Shown in pieces: positions 38,479 to 48,842 of a stretch of 64,000 bases of DNA. Source of the stretch: a virus; the IMG/VR virus record IMGVR_UViG_3300036831_000050, positions 18,354-82,353 of that record. One strand, 5' to 3'. The notes under the pieces were generated by a model that was given only the letters and a program-made list of their open reading frames with translations, had not been told where the DNA came from and did no database searches. The position numbers were made by a program, and so were the translations under genes. Numbering within the stretch: position 1 is the first letter of the stretch; each line of letters starts with the position of its first letter.

Positions 38479-40409
38479 GTGGCGGACACAGGCATCGTGC
38501 GCGAGCTGCTGGGGTGCGAGTGGGGTCGGGCACTCTCCACACCCGACGATACTGTGCCCTGCGAGGAGCGCGCCGTCGGCTACGTGGTCGTTCACGACGG
38601 CGATGCGGAGGCCGCCTTCAAGCTGTGCCAGCGCCACCACGACCGCCTCTCCCAGGAGACCACCCCGAGGGAGGTGACCGATGGCGCCCCCGCTTGAGCG
38701 CCAGGGCCTTGACCTGCTGCTGGCGAAGTTCCCCGAGGCGACCGTCTACCACGCTGGCCGCCCGCTGGTCTTGGACCGGCAGATGTGCGGCACCGTGATG
38801 GAGACTCCCTGGCTGGCCTGCGACCTGACAGTGGACGGCACCGTGCGCAAGTTCGCTATCTGGAAGACGACCGGCGCGGTGTACGAGCTGGACGAGCACG
38901 GCGCCGTCATGGAGGACACGCTGTTCGGCTACCCCTGCGCAGTGTGCGGCTTCCAGGGCACCTGCGGCGACCCACCCGGAGAGGACTGTCACTCATGAAG
39001 CTCCGCCGTGACCTGCTGAGCGAGCAGGAGATGCGCGACGCCGTGCTGTGCGGCGAGGCCATGGCGCTGCGCCAGATGAACAAGCCGATCTCCCCCGAGC
39101 ACCAGGAGGCCGAGCGCCGACACGCTGCCTGGCGCAAGGCCGAGGAGGAGGGCATGGGCACGGCGCCGGAAGTGACTTACGGGCCAATTCTCGTTTCGCT
39201 GTTAGTCGTGCTCTCGACCATCGGCCTCGCCGTGGCCGTGGGCTTCCTGCTCAGGGACGAGGGCGCACCGAAGTGGGGTGCCGAGCTGGGCGCCATACTC
39301 ACCCTGCTGGTCATGTGTGCCAACTGCCTGCTCTTCGCCGTTCTGTACGCCACTACCCGGAGGTGACAGTGGACGAGAACCCCAACGCATACGACGTACA
39401 GGGCATCGCTGCGGCGCATGACAGCCTCCAGTCGGTGCTCCCACCCCAGCTCGACAAGCTGTGGAAGGCCGGGGCCACGCTGGAGGACATCGAGGCGTCC
39501 CTGGCCGTGGCCGTCCAGTCCTGCTCGATGTACGGCCGTCACCAACACTGCACCGTCACGGTGGCGCTCTCATGATGGTCAAGGTGGAGGTGCTGCATCG
39601 GCACGGCCGTCCCGGCGACACGCCGGTCTGGCAGTCGGCGGCCATGGAGGTGGGCGAGGCCGAGCACTACGTGCCTTCGGACGACCTGATGCAGGAGTTG
39701 CACGACTGCCTGGCCGAGCAGGCGCAGCGGGTGGTGGAGGGCAACGCCTGCGAAGTCACCGTCACCTTCCAGCCAGCCGTATGACCGAGCCTGTCACACA
39801 CATCTACGTGGGCGGGTCGAAGAAGGTGTGGTGCGGCATCAAGCTGGCGCGCGACGCGCAGGGCCACCTCCGCTTCAGCACCCCGGCGCCGATCACCGAG
39901 GGCGAGTTCGTGGACGGCCACCACGGGTCCAGGGACCTATGCCCGGACTGCCGTCAGCGCGTAGTGGCTATCAGGGGCGAGCCTGCGTGACACCCGGCAT
40001 GCCAGCCCAGGACGACGACGAGCCGTGCCCCTGGTGCCAGTGCCCGCCCGAGAAGTACGACGGGCACGCCTGCGACGAGTATCCGCCCCAGCCCGAGCAC
40101 TGTCACCATGAGTGGGTGCTGGGCAACGATGACTGCATACACCGCTGCGGCACCCGGTGGTCAGAGCTTCACCCCGACCACCCCGACATGCTGCTGGACC
40201 CCGAGCCTGGCTGGGAGGGTAAGACGGTCACGGCCAGGGCGCTGGAGCGGTCGGCCGAGGAGCTACGTGCGCTGGCCGACTGGGTACGCGGCGTGAGGAC
40301 CACGCACTACATCATCGACAAGTTCATGGCCCGCCTGTGCCTGCTGGTCACCTTCGCCGCTGGCATGGCCATCGGGGCACTGGTCATGGTCCTGGCCATC
40401 TTCGGCTAG
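38479..40409 (+). CDS. Seven coupled small hypothetical proteins (38479-38697, 38681-38998, 38995-39366 membrane, 39369-39575, 39572-39784, 39781-39990, 39987-40409)
   Basis: Contiguous overlapping starts and stops; several Cys/His-rich; two with TM segments. Confidence 0.6.
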
Positions 40410-40529
40410 ACTCACCGCCGTCAACGACGAGAGGAGGCGCACCCACGCCCAACCTGCGCGGGCTTCCAGTAATCGGAGCTAGTGCGAACGCGCCCGCTGG
40501 ACAGTGACCATACGAACTAGGAGGCTTCA

Positions 40530-41084
40530 GTGAAGCGTCTGATTCTCGCGGCGAGCTGTGTGCTCGCCGTTTCTGCGCCCGCCGCTCTGGCCGCAACGCC
40601 GACGCGGGCACACACCACGAAGTACACCCACCTCTACCGAGAGGTTGCCCGGAAGTTCGGCAAGCGGACCCCTGGCCGCAACATCGTCAACGATGGCGTG
40701 TCCTCTGGGCGCGGCGCCACCGACGCTGAGGTGGCCAAGAGCATCACGGTGCTGGAGCGCATGCTGGCTCCGCCCCCGGTGCCAAGCTCGGTGCCAAGTG
40801 GCAACCCGGCTGGCACCACCAGTTACGGGTCAACTTCCGTCAGCTCGTACAGCTCGGCGGGCGCGTCGGGAGTCCCGGCGTGTGCATCGGAGTCGGGGAC
40901 GAACTACTCGACTGGCTCGGCCAATACCAACGCCTCGTCTGGCGCCACCGGCCGCTACCAGATCATTCCGTCCACGGCTGCGGCCTATGGCTGCGATCTC
41001 TCGACACCGGCAGGGCAGGACTCCTGCGCTCAGGCCATCTACGCCCACCAGGGCGCTGGTGCCTGGGTGGGTTGCGGGGGCTAG
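40530..41084 (+). CDS. Secreted lytic transglycosylase, Rpf-like
   Basis: Signal peptide (APAALA), S/T linker, CASESG catalytic Glu, ATGRYQIIPST, QD..A..IY..QGAGAW..C. Confidence 0.75.
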   Translation: MKRLILAASCVLAVSAPAALAATPTRAHTTKYTHLYREVARKFGKRTPGRNIVNDGVSSGRGATDAEVAKSITVLERMLAPPPVPSSVPSGNPAGTTSYGSTSVSSYSSAGASGVPACASESGTNYSTGSANTNASSGATGRYQIIPSTAAAYGCDLSTPAGQDSCAQAIYAHQGAGAWVGCGG

Positions 41085-41095
41085 GACGCGGAGCT

Positions 41096-41126
41096 GGGGT
41101 TTCCACTCGATTCGGGTGGAAACCCC
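41096..41126 (+). terminator. Hairpin after the Rpf-like gene
   Basis: GGGGTTTCCAC...GTGGAAACCCC, 11-14 bp stem; no U tract. Confidence 0.5.
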
Positions 41127-41154
41127 GCACCCCGCAAAGAGCGACAATCTGTGG

Positions 41155-41171
41155 TGTCGCAGGCTGCCACA
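41155..41171. promoter_or_regulatory. 17-bp operator upstream of an extended -10 (TGATACCGT)
   Basis: TGTCGCA-ggc-TGCCACA, exact consensus. Confidence 0.7.
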
Positions 41172-41196
41172 GTTCTGATACCGTCCCCGCCTCAGG

Positions 41197-41261
41197 CGCG
41201 GGTGCTGGCTCTGACGGGCCTCAACAGCCCAGAGGACGAGGTTCGATTCCTCGGCCCGCTA
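41197..41261 (+). ncRNA. tRNA-like element with a truncated D-arm (anticodon-loop CAA)
   Basis: Perfect T-arm CGAGG-TTCGATT-CCTCG; acceptor GCGGGT/GCCCGC; stem GGGC-CTCAACA-GCCC; no D stem and no CCA. Confidence 0.5.
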
Positions 41262-41262
41262 T

Positions 41263-42142
41263 GTGGACGACGAACTGGACAGGGCCATCGACGCCGCCTT
41301 CAGCGCGGACCGACCCCTCGGCAAGCTGGAGCGCGAGCTGCGCGACCTGATCGACCTTACACAGATGGCCACCGCCGACGTGCCGAGTCGCATACGCTTG
41401 ACCGTGATGTGCCCACCGGGCATGGCCGTGCTGGTGCCCTACGAGGAGGACGGCGGCGTGCCGCTGCTGGAGCGCACCGTAGGCGACGGCGGCCCGAAGG
41501 AAGTGCTCATGCACCCCGACGACTGGGAGCGCATTGTCGCCACCGTGCCTGACATGTCAGATTCGCCCTTCAAGGACCGGGCGTCGTTTTACCAGGGCAT
41601 TCCTGTCATCAAAGATCAACCCAACAAACCAACTGGAGGTGAGCAGTAATGTGGGAGTTCACGCAGGTCGAAGGCTCTGGCCCGCCCATGGACATCGAGG
41701 CCAAGACCGATGACAGCAACGCCGAGCTGGCGGAGCTGAGGGACCTGTTCAACGAGGGCGAGTTCGAGCCGGGTGACTGGAAGACGGTCGCCAACTTCGA
41801 CGCCGCCACGGCGGGCGAAGACGGTCTGACGATGTTCGTCATTCCCGGCGACGAGGCCGGGGAAATCTCGGACTACTGGGACGAGCTGGGAGCGTTCCTG
41901 CACGAATGCAACCAGAAGGCCATGGCCGCCGCCGAGGCCGAGGCCGAGAAGGCGGCATCGGCATGAAGTACGTCGGCATTGTCATACAGGGCATGGTGCT
42001 CGACAGCGCCGCTGTCACGGTGGGCGAGGACTCGCAGGCCGTCCTCCAGTCCGCCGAGGGCGAAGCACACAGCCGCAACCAGAAGATCGAGATGGAGGAG
42101 GGCTACACGGCAATCGTCCTGTCACTGCCCGACGAGTCATGA
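41263..42142 (+). CDS. Three small proteins (41263-41649, 41649-41966 very acidic, 41963-42142)
   Basis: Coupled ORFs; ACTGGAGG RBS. Confidence 0.6.
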
Positions 42143-42672
42143 GCGGCGCCGTGCAGGTCAGCTTCGCTCACGCCCACCCGGCACCCGACGGGCTGGAGCC
42201 GGGACGGGGTGACATGGGTCTCGACTGCACCTTCAGGAAGGTGTGGTGCTCGATGGTGGACGCGGTGGTGGAGTACGCGGGCGAGTTCGCAGGCTGGGAC
42301 GGCTCGAAGGGAATCATCACCCGCGCCACGGAGTCGCTTGACCACCACCCCAACCTGAAGAGGTGGTGCCCGTCCGGCTGGTTCTACGTGGTGGAGGGCA
42401 TCGAGCCGGTGGTGTCAAACGGCCAGCATGTCAGGGCCGGTGAAGTCATCGGTCACGCGGCACGCAACCCGTACAACGGCATCATCGGCAACATCGAGCA
42501 CGGTGTGTCCGCGCAGGGTCGGCCGGGTGAGCACGTACAAGTCGATGCGCTCGCCAAGGTCATGGGCGAGGGCAGTGACGCTCGCCGCATGGTGTTCAAC
42601 TACGAGTGGGGCTGCGTGCACATCATCGGCATGTCACCCGCCACGACGATGGTGGACGCCGGTCACGCATGA
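42139..42672 (+). CDS. M23 peptidase-like protein (possibly degenerate)
   Basis: GDMGLD and VSNGQHVRAGEVIG motifs; canonical HxH not evident. Confidence 0.5.
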   Translation: MSGAVQVSFAHAHPAPDGLEPGRGDMGLDCTFRKVWCSMVDAVVEYAGEFAGWDGSKGIITRATESLDHHPNLKRWCPSGWFYVVEGIEPVVSNGQHVRAGEVIGHAARNPYNGIIGNIEHGVSAQGRPGEHVQVDALAKVMGEGSDARRMVFNYEWGCVHIIGMSPATTMVDAGHA

Positions 42673-43636
42673 GGGCGTTCGAGGCCACCGACACCATGAC
42701 AGTACGTCGGGTCAAGGCGATCAATCGCCAGACTGGCCGCGAGCACGGCATCGCTCTGCTCGGTGACTTCGATGGTGACATCGAAGCGTTCGAGGAGATT
42801 CGTCGCCACTACCCGAAGCGGCTCTACAAGATCGTGGACCGCGAGACCGGCGAAGAGATCGAGCTGGACAGTTGAGCTTCCGCGACCGCATGGAAGAGGA
42901 GGACCGCAACTGGCAGTTCGAGGACGAGCGCCGAGCTGAGCGCGAGCGCGAGCATGCGCCTGCGCCCCGGTTCGGCATTCCGGCCATCTCCGAGCTGGAG
43001 GGCTGTAACCCGACCATCGGGCCGGACCCCGTGCTCCTACTGGTCGTGCAGGTTCCACCAGGGACCGAAGGGGCTGTAGTGAGGGCGGTGGCGAGGCACG
43101 CCAAGTCTCACAGTGTCACACTGATGCTGTGGACGAGGCGGCCTCGCCGCCGCCAACGTCGTGCAATGAAACTTCTGTGGGGCCGTAAGCTCGGCAAGCG
43201 GCTCACAGGCTAACGAGAGGAAGACATGGAAGCAGCAACAGTGACGCCGGACCAGACGGAGACCAAGGCCGAAGAGGCCGAGGAGTCAACGCCCGAGCAG
43301 CGGGCGGAGCAGGAGGCGATCATCGGAGACCCCGGCATCGAGACCGAGGCGCCGATGGCCGAGCGCACCACGCCGCCCGCGAAGTCCTGGGCGGTCTACC
43401 AGTACGACTCAACGGCAGTTCCGCCAGCGCCGCAGTGTCACATCTTCGGCTACGACACGGCGGGCAACCCGCTGGACGAGGCCGGAGCCAACGACCTGCT
43501 GGCACGGCTCTCGCCCGGACACTCCGGCACACTCATGGCGTTGCCCAACGAGGACGCGCCCGACCTGCCACCCGCGCCTGCCGCTGCGGCCCCGCTGGAA
43601 GAGCCGCACGCCGAGCAGAACCACGACAACGCATAG
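42669..43636 (+). CDS. Three hypothetical proteins (42669-42875, 42872-43213, 43226-43636 acidic)
   Basis: Coupled ORFs; GAGAGGA RBS. Confidence 0.55.
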
Positions 43637-43705
43637 GTGTCGCTCATGGAGGGTAGACCTGCTACCGTCGGTCCCCTCCAGTTCGTTGGCATGGACGCCA
43701 ACATC

Positions 43706-43746
43706 GCCCCGCCGCTCAGCGCCCCCGAGCGGCGGGGCATCTTTTT
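43706..43746 (+). terminator. Rho-independent terminator
   Basis: GCCCCGCCGCTC/GAGCGGCGGGGC 12-bp stem followed by CTTTTT. Confidence 0.8.
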
Positions 43747-43766
43747 GCCCAAATTGCGGGGTCACC

Positions 43767-43783
43767 TGTTGCAGGCTGCCACA
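43767..43783. promoter_or_regulatory. 17-bp operator
   Basis: TGTTGCA-ggc-TGCCACA, exact consensus, intergenic after the terminator. Confidence 0.7.
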
Positions 43784-43856
43784 GCACGTGGTATGAGTCC
43801 CACCAAGTGTCAGAGGACTGACGCTAACACCGGGACCAGATCGGAGGGGCACTGCA

Positions 43857-44439
43857 ATGCTCTCCACAGTCATGCAGGAAGTCAGGGACAGACTCCACGG
43901 AGGCGAGCCGTTCGAGAGGGTCGAAGCCTTCATCGAATACGCGCCCGGTCTGACAGACGAGGAGCGTGCCGCGCTCTGGCTGCTCGCCTGGTCAGACGGC
44001 GATCTCCAGGCGATGTCATTCGACCTGGGGCGCTCACACGACTTGGTGGTCTGTGACTGACATCGTTGTCACCTGGCCGAAGGACCGGCGACTCGCCAGC
44101 TACATCGCGGGCTGCATGAACGCCAAGTCCGACGGCCAGGTCATCAACTTCAGGGTGCGCAACCCACCCAATCGTGGGCGGCTGTTCGAGGAGGGGGAGC
44201 AGCCGCCCCGTCTGTACCGGGTGCACGACGGGTTCGTCCGTGGCTACACGCCGATTACCGCTGTCACATTCAAGGACGACGTGATAAGAGTCGCGGACGA
44301 CCCGTTGCCTGGCTACTGGCCACCGGGCTGGTACATCGTGTGCGACCCGACGTGGACCGACGCGCAAAAACCGTTGCAGGCCATGAAGGGCTTTCGCGGT
44401 TTCCGCTGGTTCCAGCGGCCGATGCGCGACGGCGGCTAG
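43857..44439 (+). CDS. Two hypothetical proteins (43857-44060, 44053-44439)
   Basis: GGAGG RBS; coupled. Confidence 0.55.
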
Positions 44440-44537
44440 AAGCTAGAATCTAGGCATGAACTTCAATCGAGGCGTAGAGCGGGTCCGGCGTGTCATGAGG
44501 GAACGCGAGGAGGCGGCCCGACGGTCGGTCGGCCTCC

Positions 44538-44548
44538 GGCGTAAATTA
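44538..44548 (+). promoter_or_regulatory. Late-type promoter motif GGCGTAAATTA
   Basis: One of five GGCGTANATTA copies. Confidence 0.6.
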
Positions 44549-44579
44549 CGAACCAGAGTCCAACCGTCAGGAGGAAGCA

Positions 44580-44906
44580 ATGACGAATATCGCCAAGTGG
44601 GAGGAAGGGACCGAGATCACACTGGACAGCGAGGTTGAGGCCGCCTCCGCAGGCTGGGTCCTCAACTACGCGAGCGTCCTGCGCATCGGTAGCGCGGTCG
44701 CGGTCCACATCGAGGCGACGAGCGATGGGACCGGCACCGGCCACATCTGCACGCTCCCTCCCCAGTTCGCCCCCGGCGCCCTGGTGACCACCTCGGACGG
44801 TCTGTTCACCATCGCGCAGGACGGCACCGTGACGCGGCTCGCGGGCGGCGCGGCCGGAGTCGGCCGCATCAACGTCAACTACGCCGCTGGCGAGGCATCG
44901 CCCTGA
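44580..44906 (+). CDS. Small beta-rich protein resembling a tail-fibre head domain
   Basis: LRIGSAVAVHI...ICTLPPQFAP...TIAQDGTV pattern; GGAGGAAG RBS. Confidence 0.5.
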   Translation: MTNIAKWEEGTEITLDSEVEAASAGWVLNYASVLRIGSAVAVHIEATSDGTGTGHICTLPPQFAPGALVTTSDGLFTIAQDGTVTRLAGGAAGVGRINVNYAAGEASP

Positions 44907-44935
44907 TCTGCACCTGACGATTCGGACTCGTCATG

Positions 44936-44973
44936 GGGGCGGCGCCTTTGGTAGGGGCGCCGCCCCTCTTTTT
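44936..44973 (+). terminator. Rho-independent terminator
   Basis: GGGGCGGCGCC/GGCGCCGCCCC stem followed by TTTTT. Confidence 0.8.
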
Positions 44974-44994
44974 GTCCAGATAGCGGGATAGCTC

Positions 44995-45023
44995 TTGCGA
45001 GCCTTCGGGAACACGTGTACTCT
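44995..45023 (+). promoter_or_regulatory. Sigma-A-type promoter
   Basis: TTGCGA-17 bp-TACTCT. Confidence 0.55.
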
Positions 45024-45049
45024 CCCGACGGGATGATGAGGACGGCCGC

Positions 45050-45660
45050 ATGAGCGAGCAGCCAGCGGTGCACCGGCACCCCGAGGCGCCGAAGGTGCAC
45101 ACCGAGCACAAGAAGGCCAACGAGGCCATCGAGAGCTTGCGTGCGGTGGCGGCCACCCTTCAGCAGGTCGGCAACGAGCTGACCCACACGACGACCGACA
45201 AGAAGAAGCTGGAGGAAGAGGTGACCAAGCTCACCGAGCAGGTCGCGGAGATGGAGGAGCAGGTCGCTCTAGGCGGTGAGGCGCTGGAGGCACTGGAGGA
45301 CTTCAAGCGTGACCTATGTGACAGGGACGAATTGCTGCAACGAACGGTGGGGAGGCCATGACATTCGATGACGAGCGCCGGACTCTGGAGCTGGCGAGAG
45401 AGTGGAAGGAAGGGCGCATCGTCGCGGTGCACCCGAGCATCGGGCGAATGCTCAACTGCGCACTGACAGCCAACGGCGAGGACCCGGTGCCATTCGGGCT
45501 GGCCACCAACAGCCAGGCGCCGTCGTTGATCGACCTGATTCGTGGTGAGTACGAGTGTGCACCACGTGACACATCGGGCGGGAAAAAGGCAGCGGCACGT
45601 CGATTCGCGCACCAACTGAGCGCGAGCGTGCATGGGAGGGCACATGTCGGCGGCGGCTGA
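45050..45660 (+). CDS. Two hypothetical proteins (45050-45361 coiled coil, 45358-45660)
   Basis: Coupled ORFs. Confidence 0.55.
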
Positions 45661-45874
45661 AACGGCCGTGAACGCGGCGCTGAAGACCGCTCGCGACTTC
45701 CGGGGCGCGCTGGAAGTGGCCACCAGGCATGAGCGCACGGCCACCGTCGCCTTCATGGACGAGGCGCGAGCGAGTGGCTGGGACTGGGAGAGCGTTGGTC
45801 GCGAGCTTGGCATCTCCGGCAACGCGGCCCGCCGCTACTACGCACGCAACCGCAGGAAGGTGCGGAGTGTCTGA
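45644..45874 (+). CDS. Small HTH protein
   Basis: ARASGWDWESVGRELGISGNAARRYY. Confidence 0.7.
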   Translation: MSAAAETAVNAALKTARDFRGALEVATRHERTATVAFMDEARASGWDWESVGRELGISGNAARRYYARNRRKVRSV

Positions 45875-47511
45875 GACCGACCAGAGACAGGCTCACCTCA
45901 TGGAGACCACCGAGGCGCGCATGCGCGACACCCACCGGATGCTGACCGAGGCGGACATCAAGGTCCGCGAGGCCAGGCTGCGGCACCAAACGGCCGACAT
46001 TCTCTTCGACAGCGCCCACGACCTGAACGAGTCGGCACAGGCAAACTTGAATCGAGCCGTAAAGATCAGGCGCCGCATGACGAAGCTGGACCTGTTGGTC
46101 ATTCTGCTCATCATCTTGCTGGCGACGCACGTCATCTAGGGAGGACTCATGGACCACATCGACAGCAAGGTCACCACAGCACTACGCGCCATCGAGGCCG
46201 GTGGGCAGCAGCTCGTCATGCAGGCACGCCAGCGCGTCGCCAAGATTCTCGACGCGCTGGACGAGGGTGACTTTGTTGAAGCGTTCCAGGCCGCAAAGCT
46301 CGTCCAGCAGTCGCTTGGCCCGCTGACCAACGCGCAGAACTACATCGCCGTAGCGGGCAACTCACGCCTGCTCGCAGCCAGGGAGCTGAAGACGGGCATG
46401 GTCCTGACCGACGTGGGCGCCGTCACCGATGTCACGATCAACGAGTGCGTGGCCGAGGTGTGCGAAGGGCATGTCAAAATCTCCATCGGCGCGCATGAGG
46501 TGGAGTACGACGGCGGGACCGAGCTGTACGTCCGTGTAGACGACAACGGCGAGTTCGTCTACGAGGAGGCATCTGCGTGAGCTGGCATGAGGACGGCCAC
46601 AGTGCCGCCGCCTTCATTGACGACGAGGTGATGCGCGTCAAGCTCCAGTGCCCAGGTGACGACTTCTGCGAGGCCAAGCAGCGGTGTCACGTCTGTGAGG
46701 GTGCGGGCGAGGTGACCAACGGCCCGTTCGAGACCGAGCCGACCTACCGCCGCGAGACCTGTCAGCTCTGCGAGGGGTCCGGCGTGGAGCCGGGGACGTG
46801 TCATCTCATCGACTGGGCCGAGAACATGTGCCCGATGGAGATGCACCACGGCCGCACGGACCTGTTCGGTGTCACATTCCCTGCCGCGATTCGATGGCGC
46901 TACGGAGGTGATGAAGATGGCCCGGAGTGGCGTTTCGCGATTGACTACCCCGACGAGGGACGAGAAGCCGCCGCCTAGACAGCACGGCATTCTGCACTGC
47001 GAGGCGCGGCTGCGCTCGCTGCCGAACTTCGATCAGCACCGCTGCCAGCCACCCGAGTTCATCTGCGCGTGCGGGCGCCGCTGGGTTCACGTCTGCAACG
47101 AGGCCGAAGGCTGCTCCTACGTCGAAGCGGGCGCCATACGGTTCGTCGTCCTGAATGACGATTCCGTGCTGTGCGAGGACTGCTACGAAATGCTCAAGAC
47201 CGATGTGGAGATAGACCCAGGCAAGGTGCCATTCGGAACGACCAACCAGGGAACGTGTGGGTACTGTGGAGCCTGTTCGGCATAGTGTCACGTGGCGCAT
47301 CGCCACGCAGGACGAGCTAGAGCGCACCGGCTGCGAGGGCCAGGCGAACCTCACCGACGGCGCGGCGGCCATTCTGGTGGACGGCGAGCTGCGGGGCATC
47401 ACCAACGAGTACGGCACGTGCATCTGGTCGGCCTACGACGGCCCCGAGGACGTGAAGGGGTCGCAAACCGAGGCCATCGAGCGGCTGAGCGAGGCCGCAG
47501 GCGAGCTATGA
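45867..47511 (+). CDS. Cluster of small hypothetical proteins (45867-46139 membrane-anchored, 46149-46580, 46577-46978 Zn-finger, and ORFs ending at 47285 and 47511)
   Basis: Contiguous ORFs; starts of the last two are uncertain. Confidence 0.5.
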
Positions 47512-47536
47512 CCCAACGACAGTTGACTTGCAAGAT

Positions 47537-47565
47537 GTGACACCCGCCACCAAGGCGGGTACACT
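47537..47565 (+). promoter_or_regulatory. Sigma-A-type promoter
   Basis: GTGACA-17 bp-TACACT. Confidence 0.6.
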
Positions 47566-47593
47566 GCCAGTAACCTACCCATAGGAGGCAAAG

Positions 47594-48190
47594 ATGGAAG
47601 CAGGATCGCAGACCCCTGGCGACCAGGGCACACCGGAGGCCGAGGGCCAGACCCCAGAGCAGCAGGCTGCTGCCGCTGGAGCGGCCCCCGAAGGCCAGGA
47701 CCAGCACGGCCAGGCGCTCGCGTCCGGCGTCGCGGGGTCCGAGGCCGACCCGACAGCGGGTGCGCCCGCCGAGGGCGAGGGCGGAGCCGAGGGCGCGGGT
47801 GAGGGTGCCGCTGGCGGTCCGACGGACGCGCCGGTTCCCACCGCCTCCGATGAGGAGCGGCTGAGCGATCTCTCCGAGGAGGAGCGCAACCCCGCTGCCG
47901 ACCAGTCCCCGGCCGCCACGGCGGCACAGGACGCGGTGGTCGGAGACCCTGGCCTGCGCGACGAGCAGCAGCCGGTTGGCTCGGTGCCAAACCCGGACAC
48001 GCCCGTCCGCACGTCGGCCCCGCCGCCGTCGGCCCAGTCCGGCGTTCCGCTTCCCGAGGACCGCGCCGCTGGCGTGCAGCCGGGAGTCAGCGGTCCCGCC
48101 GTCGCTGGGGGCGCGGGTGCGGACGAGGAGGAGACCCCGGACCACGATGGTTCCGAGGGCCAGTCCTCCACGTCGCCCATGGGCGGCTAG
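47594..48190 (+). CDS. Acidic, intrinsically disordered protein
   Basis: AGGAGG RBS; G/A/P/E/D/Q-rich with no aromatic residues. Confidence 0.65.
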   Translation: MEAGSQTPGDQGTPEAEGQTPEQQAAAAGAAPEGQDQHGQALASGVAGSEADPTAGAPAEGEGGAEGAGEGAAGGPTDAPVPTASDEERLSDLSEEERNPAADQSPAATAAQDAVVGDPGLRDEQQPVGSVPNPDTPVRTSAPPPSAQSGVPLPEDRAAGVQPGVSGPAVAGGAGADEEETPDHDGSEGQSSTSPMGG

Positions 48191-48214
48191 TCCTAGCCCG
48201 CAATCTGGAGCATT

Positions 48215-48248
48215 CCAAGGGCCGCCTCAGGGCGGCCCTTGGCCTTTC
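48215..48248 (+). terminator. Terminator hairpin
   Basis: CCAAGGGCCGCC-tcag-GGCGGCCCTTGG, 12-bp stem. Confidence 0.7.
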
Positions 48249-48259
48249 CGGGGGAGGGG

Positions 48260-48276
48260 TGTGGTAGCCTGCAACA
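48260..48276. promoter_or_regulatory. 17-bp operator over an extended -10 (TGGTAGCCT) of a leaderless gene
   Basis: TGTGGTA-gcc-TGCAACA, immediately before ATG 48278. Confidence 0.7.
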
Positions 48277-48277
48277 C

Positions 48278-48842
48278 ATGGCTGAGCGAGAGCTGAGAGA
48301 GCGAACCGTCGATGCCTGGCACCGTGAATTGCACGACGGCCGGGTGGAAATCATGTGCAAGAGCGCCACGCATCGCATTCGTGTGACAGCGCCCGAGGAC
48401 CAGGCGTGGGAGGCGGTCGAGCTGTTCGAGAAGTGGACCGGCCTGACAATCGCGTCCGAGCGCAGGCCCCGCCGTCGGGCACCGCAGCTCCCCGGCCAGC
48501 TCGCTATGACCGAACTCGAATCTGACAGTAACGAGGGAAGTGGCGATTCTGCCCCAGTCGGGGAACAAACGCCACTTGACCCAGACAGGGAGGCTCTACG
48601 TGGGACTATCTAGCTGTCCAGGCTGCGGCGCCAACGTGAACGTGGCCCATGACATCGCCACCGACGAGGTGGTCGTGCTGGAAGTGCACACCGACGCCTC
48701 ATCTGACGCGGCGCGCTACCGCATCGTGTCACACGGGCCGCCGAAGCTCCTCGTTGAGCGCGTGCCTGAAAACGCCCCCGGCGACTTCTACCCCGACCAC
48801 AAGTTCGACTGCCCCGACTTCAATGCCGGTCATACCGTCTGA
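48278..48842 (+). CDS. Two hypothetical proteins (48278-48613; Zn-ribbon ORF ending 48842)
   Basis: Leaderless start; CPGC...H..DC. Confidence 0.55.

Noticed and set aside
40410-40529. c-di-AMP (ydaO) riboswitch upstream of the Rpf-like gene
   Set aside because: Expected from context, but the conserved ydaO sequence blocks are not recognisable
41197-41261. Canonical functional tRNA-Leu(CAA) or attP core
   Set aside because: No D-stem, no long variable arm, pyrimidine at position 37 and no CCA; 19 kb from the recombinase. Kept only as tRNA-like.
46149-46580. Intein/Hint domain suggested by AARELKTGMVL
   Set aside because: No N-terminal Cys or C-terminal HN splice motifs
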